A stretch of DNA of 61,421 nt from a virus (Duplodnaviria; Caudoviricetes). The notes under the pieces are model-generated. The model had not been told where the DNA came from. It searched no databases and saw nothing but the letters and a program-made list of their open reading frames with translations. The DNA lies in IMG/VR virus record IMGVR_UViG_3300048606_000068, positions 1 to 61,421 of that record. One strand, given 5' to 3'. Shown here in pieces: positions 56,294-61,421 of the stretch. How positions within the stretch are numbered: position 1 is the stretch's first letter; every line of letters starts with the position of its first letter. The position numbers and the translations under genes were made by a program.

Positions 56294-57975
56294 GCGAACT
56301 GGAAGCGAAGCCCGACAAGCCGCCCAAGCCGGGCATGTCGCTGCGGTCGGTGGCAACGATCACAGGTGCTGTCGTCGGCACGGCCGGTGCCGTGACACTG
56401 CTGGCCGTCGGTGGCTGGATCGCTGTTGCCGGAGGCACCGTTGCCGTTGTCGGAGCGGGCTACACGCGGCACCGTATGAAGAACCCGCGTCGGCCGTCCG
56501 GTCGCCGCTCGACGAACGGAGGGAAGCTCTCATGGCCGTTGACGGGAAACCAGAGCCGCCGAGGACTCTTGGGCAGTGGCTCGAATTCATCCGGTGGGCG
56601 AGGGCGCGGCCGGACTGGTTCCCCGGCAAGCACGCGCTCTCGATCCGCTGGCCGAAAGAGTGGGAAGGGACTCGCGGACCGAGCTGGATCCCTCTTGCCC
56701 AAGACCACCCGTTCAAGGGCCAGAGCTGGTGCTGGAGGTGTCTTGCCGAAGCACAAGGCGTCGAGGGGATTGCCGTCCCGCACGACTCCGAAGGCGGGGC
56801 GATCTGCTGGGGTGGCGGCCAAGCCGCGCCGTCTGCCGAAGACCCCGACCCGGACACCGGCCAAGCCCGGCTCAGCATCACGGCTGATGGCAGGCAAGTC
56901 GTCAGCGCATCGGAAGCCTGGATCACCAAGCTCGACCCGGAAGGGCAGCCGATCCCCGGCACGCGGGAAAGGCTCTTCCCTCCTGCCGAAGGCGTCGACA
57001 CGGGGACGATCTTCTACACGCCGCCCCTCCAGTCGGGGTCAATCGGGGGGTGGGTTGGCGCGACGGTTGACCTCCCCGAAGAAATCCGGCTCTGGACGGC
57101 GCAGCCTGAACCCCCTGAAGCGGACCAGCCCGAGCGGTTTGCACTCGCGTACCCGCAATCCTCTGAAGCGGACCACCGCGACACCTGGCCGCCGTCATGG
57201 ACGGACGACGAGGAGAGCACGCCGGCTGGGGACTCCAGGGCTGAACCGGACGGCGAACCGCAGCCCTAGCCGGTCGGTTCGCCGTCCGAAGACGTTCAAG
57301 CGGACCCGTGCCCGCAAGCTGTTCCGTCTGGCCGTCGGCCTGCCGGTACGGAAGGGCTCGACGTTCAAGCGGCCGAGCCTGGCTCAACGGCGGAAAGCTC
57401 GGCGGACTCTATGGCTCAGAGGTATAACCCGGACGTTATGGCTTCGCAAGCTGCCAGGCATCTACAGCCGCTGGCACTGGGATCGAATTCAGGCTCGGAT
57501 CCCCCAGACCCCTAACCCGGCTTGGCGGCAGACCACGATTCCTCTGCCGAAAGTCAAGACAGAACCTGGACCGCGCCACGCGATTCCGGCCACATCAGCA
57601 ACGTCATCCCCAACCACCACGGAGGTACCGAAGATGTCCGCAGATCCTCACGGCGTGATCGCCGAAGCGTTCAACCAGCTCGCGCAGTTCCAGCCGGGAT
57701 CGGCTAGCGAGATGGAGCGCTACCTGGCCATGCAGCACGAGCTGTTCACCAACATCGGGATGGCCTACACGGTGCTGGCCGACCGGATGAGTTCGGACAT
57801 GCCGTTCGGGCCGGCCGTCGCCGACAGCACCCGCGATCTCGGAGCGGCCTTCAGCAGCCTGTCCGGCCTGGCGCAGGACGTACACGCCACCTTCCGGCAG
57901 GAGCACGAAGCCGAGCTGGCCCGGATCGAGGCTCCGCGCCCGAACGAACAGATCTGGGACACGAACGCGCAATGA
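56290..57975 (+). CDS. Membrane-anchored Arg/Ser/Gly-rich protein with helical C-terminal domain (plasmid transfer-associated, TraA-like)
   Basis: N-terminal TM hairpin, long basic low-complexity region, 113-aa C-terminal domain with its own GGAGG-ATG at 57634. Confidence 0.6.
   Translation: MSELEAKPDKPPKPGMSLRSVATITGAVVGTAGAVTLLAVGGWIAVAGGTVAVVGAGYTRHRMKNPRRPSGRRSTNGGKLSWPLTGNQSRRGLLGSGSNSSGGRGRGRTGSPASTRSRSAGRKSGKGLADRAGSLLPKTTRSRARAGAGGVLPKHKASRGLPSRTTPKAGRSAGVAAKPRRLPKTPTRTPAKPGSASRLMAGKSSAHRKPGSPSSTRKGSRSPARGKGSSLLPKASTRGRSSTRRPSSRGQSGGGLARRLTSPKKSGSGRRSLNPLKRTSPSGLHSRTRNPLKRTTATPGRRHGRTTRRARRLGTPGLNRTANRSPSRSVRRPKTFKRTRARKLFRLAVGLPVRKGSTFKRPSLAQRRKARRTLWLRGITRTLWLRKLPGIYSRWHWDRIQARIPQTPNPAWRQTTIPLPKVKTEPGPRHAIPATSATSSPTTTEVPKMSADPHGVIAEAFNQLAQFQPGSASEMERYLAMQHELFTNIGMAYTVLADRMSSDMPFGPAVADSTRDLGAAFSSLSGLAQDVHATFRQEHEAELARIEAPRPNEQIWDTNAQ
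56532..57269 (+). CDS. Overprinted ORF nested in an alternative frame
   Basis: GGAGGG RBS, 245 aa, GC-rich third positions, globular-looking middle. Confidence 0.45.
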   Translation: MAVDGKPEPPRTLGQWLEFIRWARARPDWFPGKHALSIRWPKEWEGTRGPSWIPLAQDHPFKGQSWCWRCLAEAQGVEGIAVPHDSEGGAICWGGGQAAPSAEDPDPDTGQARLSITADGRQVVSASEAWITKLDPEGQPIPGTRERLFPPAEGVDTGTIFYTPPLQSGSIGGWVGATVDLPEEIRLWTAQPEPPEADQPERFALAYPQSSEADHRDTWPPSWTDDEESTPAGDSRAEPDGEPQP

Positions 57976-58187
57976 TCGGACTGCTGAAGTTCACAGAGCG
58001 GCGGGGCACCCTTCAGTCGCATTCCAGCACGGAAGTATGGGTCAACCCCGAAGCGATCGACTGCCTTCGGGTCATCTCGACCGGAACGGTCATGATCTTG
58101 CGATCAGGGCAGTCGCTGTACCTCAGCGAAACAACTGATGAGATCGTCGCCGCGCTTCAGCTCATCGGCCGGCCGGTCGATTCATGA
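57972..58187 (+). CDS. FlbD-like small protein
   Basis: VWVNPEAI...T...LRSG....LSETTDEIV. Confidence 0.6.
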   Translation: MIGLLKFTERRGTLQSHSSTEVWVNPEAIDCLRVISTGTVMILRSGQSLYLSETTDEIVAALQLIGRPVDS

Positions 58188-58408
58188 TCTCGATCCACCG
58201 CGTACAGAAGGATCTCCGCCCGATCGTCGAAGAGGCGATCGGGCGGGGGTGCTGGGAGCTGGAGAAGCTGAAGCGCGGCAGCCACACCTTCAGGCTCAGG
58301 CACTCATCTGGCCGGATCGTCCCTCTTGCGTCGTCCAGGGTGAGTGAGGCCATGGCTTCGAAGAAACTCAGGTCCCAGCTCCGGAGGATCGAGCGGGAAG
58401 CGAATTAA
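58184..58408 (+). CDS. HicA-like toxin
   Basis: GCWELEKLKRGSHTFRLRHSSGRIVPL; 74 aa, basic. Confidence 0.65.
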   Translation: MISIHRVQKDLRPIVEEAIGRGCWELEKLKRGSHTFRLRHSSGRIVPLASSRVSEAMASKKLRSQLRRIEREAN

Positions 58409-58423
58409 GTAGCCTAGCTACTG

Positions 58424-58462
58424 AAAGCCCCGGCACCCGCGTCTCTGGTGCTGGGGCTTTTT
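58424..58462 (+). terminator. Intrinsic terminator
   Basis: AAAGCCCCGGCACC/GGTGCTGGGGCTTT followed by T run. Confidence 0.8.
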
Positions 58463-58523
58463 GCTGAGCTGCAATATAAGTCACGGCTTTCATAAGCCAG
58501 TGGTTATGTGGGACACTTGTGGT

Positions 58524-59162
58524 ATGCCAGCTACCAAGGGAAAGCCGAGAGGCTATAGCGAAGTCCGGGAGTACATCGAGCATGCGGTGCGGACTCGTGA
58601 CGCCAGCGTGTGCTGGCTCGATTGGCCTTTCAAAGCTCAGTACTCCGAAGGTCGGCCCGGTGTCGGTGTCAAAGGCCGGAAGATCGGCGCAGTGCACTAC
58701 GCATACAGCCTGATTCACGATGAACCGAGCGGACAGCTCAACCACTCCTGTAACAAGGCAGGTTGCTGGAATCCAACGCACGTCTACGACGGAAACCAGA
58801 AGCAGAACACGGCGGACATGGTTCAAGCGGGAACGGGGAGCAACGGAACGGCGACCAAGCTCACAGCTGAGCAAGTCGTAGTCATTCGAGAGCGATACGC
58901 CGATGGGGAGAGTTCAGTCTCGATCGCGTCCGATTTTGGTATCACAGCCAGCAATATCAGTGCTGTTGTTCGGGGCAAAAGCTGGAATAAAGGTGACCAT
59001 CAGCCAGTACAAAAGCGCACTGGAGGTCCAGCGCGGATCGATCCGGAAGTTGTCCGAAAGATACGAGACGCGCATGCCGAGGGCTTCTCAGGAAGAAAAA
59101 TCGCGCGGGCCTTTTCCGTGAGTGAATCGACAGTCAGCCGTATCGTGCGAGGGGTGATGTGA
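58524..59162 (+). CDS. HNH homing endonuclease with two HTH domains
   Basis: CWLDW, NHSCNK..CWNPTHV..GNQKQN..DM, KLTAEQV, two HTHs; lower GC. Confidence 0.85.
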   Translation: MPATKGKPRGYSEVREYIEHAVRTRDASVCWLDWPFKAQYSEGRPGVGVKGRKIGAVHYAYSLIHDEPSGQLNHSCNKAGCWNPTHVYDGNQKQNTADMVQAGTGSNGTATKLTAEQVVVIRERYADGESSVSIASDFGITASNISAVVRGKSWNKGDHQPVQKRTGGPARIDPEVVRKIRDAHAEGFSGRKIARAFSVSESTVSRIVRGVM

Positions 59163-59163
59163 G

Positions 59164-61242
59164 ATGACAAGACGCAAGCAACCCGCCTCGTTCCTAGACG
59201 AGGAGTTCCAGCACTGGCACGTACTCGGGCCGATCCTGTGGGTCGCCCTGGTGTACGCCGCTGCCATCGTGCTGCACCTCCTGGGAGACGCCGTACCCGC
59301 GCGGTACGTCGGGGCCGTCGGCGGCTGCGCTTCGGTCCTCGCACCGCTGGTGGCGATCTACAAGCGATTCAGCTTCCTGCTCATGGCGGGTACCACCGGC
59401 TTACTTACTTACGTCACGGCGACCAGCCCCTGGCATCGCGGCCCGGCCCTCGCAGCTGCGGCCGGCGCGATCATCTTCGGGATGAGTTACCAGGCGCTGC
59501 GCAAGCGCGAGGCGAAGGAAGCCGACACGGACAAGGCAGCTGAGAAGGCGGCCAGCAGGGGCCGGTACGTCGAACTGCTGGAGCAGATCGGGGCCAAGGG
59601 CCTGAAGGAAAAGACCCGCGTACCGTTCGCCGCCGGCAAGACGATCATCTTGCTGCTGCCGGTCAACGGCTCCCTCACGCTGCGCCGGCTGAAGGACCTC
59701 ACGGAGCAGCTGGAGATCGCGGCCGCCCGCGCCGGCCTGGAAGTTACCTTCGAGTTCGAGAAGGGAGCCACGGCCGCCGAGGTGAAGCTCCATGTCTTCG
59801 AGCGGGACATTCTCGCGGAGACTCTGCCGCTGGAGTTTGACCGGGGGCCGAAGAGCGTCAACGAGCCGATTCCGCTCGGGCAGTACGCCACGGGGGAGAT
59901 CTGCACGATCACGTTCCGGGAGATCGCCGCGCTGATGGTCGGCCTGAAGGGTAAGGGCAAGTCGGGTCTGATCAACACTCACCTGGCACACCTGACCGGG
60001 TGCACGGACGCCGTTGTCTGGATGCTCGACGGCAAGGGCGGGGAGACGGTCCGGCCCTGGCTCCAGCCGTTCCTGGACCTGGTCACTGAGCGCCCCGTGA
60101 TCGACTGGGCTGCGGTGACCGAAGCGGAGTTCGACGCTGTGCTGCTGGCGGCAAACGCTGTCCGGAAGTACCGCTCGAAGCTGCCGGGCAAGACCGGGCC
60201 GACGGCCGCCATGCCGTCGGTGATCGTGATCGTCGAGGAAGCGTCAGTGATCACCGGCGTCGGGCGCTACGGCGGATCGAACCGCGTCCAGCTGGCGCAG
60301 GACGGCGTGACGCTTGGCCGGTCGAGCTACCTCGATTGGCTGTTCGCGACCCAGCGCGCCGTGCTGGACATGGTCGGCAGCGGATCGATGAAGGCCAATC
60401 TGGATGCCCGGTTCGGCCTGGGTGTCAGCGATGCCATGGACGCCCGCTCGATCTTCCCGGATGGCCAGATGGCTCAGGGGCTGTTCAAGCTGGCCGATGA
60501 CAACAAGTACCGAGGCACGTTCCTCATGCAGGCTCCGGGCTCGTCCCGCGTCATGCCGGCGAAGGGTTACTGGGTCGAGCCGAAGACCATCCCAGGGATC
60601 GCTGAGACGAATGCCCGCTGGACCGCCGAGCTGGATCGGGGAACGGCTGAGTTCGTTCATACCGCCCTGCTGGACGCCGGCGTCCCAGGTGGATATCAGG
60701 GTCGGTGGAAGCGGTTCAGTGACACGCTAGGAATCGAGACGCCTCAGGGCGTGTCATCCGTCCCAGCGTCCCAGCCCGAGACGCGTCCCAGTGACACGGC
60801 TGAGACGTCTCAGTACGACGGCTCGAAGGGACGCCAGGTGGTCCAGGACGCGATCGCGGCGGGACGTGCCAAGCGGGACGATGACACGTTCCAGCAGTTG
60901 GTCGACGCGAACTTTGAGACGGTCGAGCTGGGAGACGATGACACGCGGCTACGGGACGTCTCGTCGATTCCCGAGGGCGTCCCACCGATCCTGCGGTACA
61001 TGCTCACGATCTTCCGGGCGCACGGTCAGCCCGATGACCTACCGTCTCAGGTCATCGTCAACGATCTGCCGGGCAAGATCACGGTGCACGCTCTGGGCCG
61101 GCTCATGGGTCACTGCAACGTCTCACCAGGGCAGAACATCGTCTGGGAGGGCAAGCGCGCCCGGGGGTACACGAGAGACGCCGTTGAGACGGCTGTGAAG
61201 CGGGGCTCGTGGTCCGGTCCGGCGTTCGACTGGGAGCCGTGA
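59164..61242 (+). CDS. traB: TraB/FtsK-SpoIIIE family DNA translocase
   Basis: N-terminal TM helices, GLKGKGKS Walker A, LDGKGG, VIVEE Walker B, ATQR, C-terminal winged-helix-like ALGRLM...RGYTR. Confidence 0.8.
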   Translation: MTRRKQPASFLDEEFQHWHVLGPILWVALVYAAAIVLHLLGDAVPARYVGAVGGCASVLAPLVAIYKRFSFLLMAGTTGLLTYVTATSPWHRGPALAAAAGAIIFGMSYQALRKREAKEADTDKAAEKAASRGRYVELLEQIGAKGLKEKTRVPFAAGKTIILLLPVNGSLTLRRLKDLTEQLEIAAARAGLEVTFEFEKGATAAEVKLHVFERDILAETLPLEFDRGPKSVNEPIPLGQYATGEICTITFREIAALMVGLKGKGKSGLINTHLAHLTGCTDAVVWMLDGKGGETVRPWLQPFLDLVTERPVIDWAAVTEAEFDAVLLAANAVRKYRSKLPGKTGPTAAMPSVIVIVEEASVITGVGRYGGSNRVQLAQDGVTLGRSSYLDWLFATQRAVLDMVGSGSMKANLDARFGLGVSDAMDARSIFPDGQMAQGLFKLADDNKYRGTFLMQAPGSSRVMPAKGYWVEPKTIPGIAETNARWTAELDRGTAEFVHTALLDAGVPGGYQGRWKRFSDTLGIETPQGVSSVPASQPETRPSDTAETSQYDGSKGRQVVQDAIAAGRAKRDDDTFQQLVDANFETVELGDDDTRLRDVSSIPEGVPPILRYMLTIFRAHGQPDDLPSQVIVNDLPGKITVHALGRLMGHCNVSPGQNIVWEGKRARGYTRDAVETAVKRGSWSGPAFDWEP

Positions 61243-61414
61243 GACGTACCAACAGCGAGACGCCCCGTGCCACTGGCACGGGGCGTCTCTCGTTTCACAT
61301 GATTCTTGTCAGACCACCGTCTCAAGGGTGATTCGGATCTTTGCGCCATCGGGGTGAAGCGCTGCGATCCGGTCCACTTCTTCTGAGACGTCCACAGTGT
61401 TGGTGGACGTCTCA
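60603..61414. repeat. Dense cluster of YGRSACG heptamers (clt/TRS-like), continuing at 244-313
   Basis: About 28 copies of TGAGACG/TGGGACG/TGACACG/CGAGACG/CGGGACG in both orientations here, plus 5 at 244-313. Confidence 0.8.
61257..61289 (+). terminator. Palindromic hairpin after traB
   Basis: GAGACGCCCCGTGCCA-c-TGGCACGGGGCGTCTC. Confidence 0.7.
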
Positions 61415-61421
61415 GAAGAAG
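61263..61421. repeat. Terminal direct repeat, copy 2
   Basis: Matches 1-159 with one mismatch. Confidence 0.95.

Overview
The window looks like an essentially complete, circularly assembled genome of a high-GC actinobacterial siphovirus of about 61.26 kb; bases 1-159 are repeated at 61263-61421 with one mismatch. It carries a full virion module (portal, MuF-protease fusion, major capsid, major tail, frameshifted tail chaperones, tape measure, minor tails) and an M15 endolysin with a holin. Replication genes include PolA, SSB (DUF2815), a Cas4-like nuclease, SNF2 and UvrD helicases, VRR-NUC and a prim-pol/helicase. There are also a C5 methyltransferase and terminase genes displaced about 15 kb from the portal. 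I found no integrase or ParA/B. The most striking feature is an actinomycete plasmid-type conjugation/spreading module at 54.7-61.2 kb (DUF2637/SpdA-like, a basic membrane protein with a nested TraA-like C-terminus, and a TraB/FtsK translocase). It ends in a dense cluster of about 30 7-bp repeats that may be a clt-like site, and its promoter has the same architecture as the phage early promoters. Other notable structure: two homologous origin-like elements with co-varying inverted repeats (one with paired DnaA boxes), a conserved leader motif before four structural genes, two operator families, unusually Cys-rich virion proteins, and an overprinted ORF. All functional calls come from motif recognition and gene context; no database searches were run.
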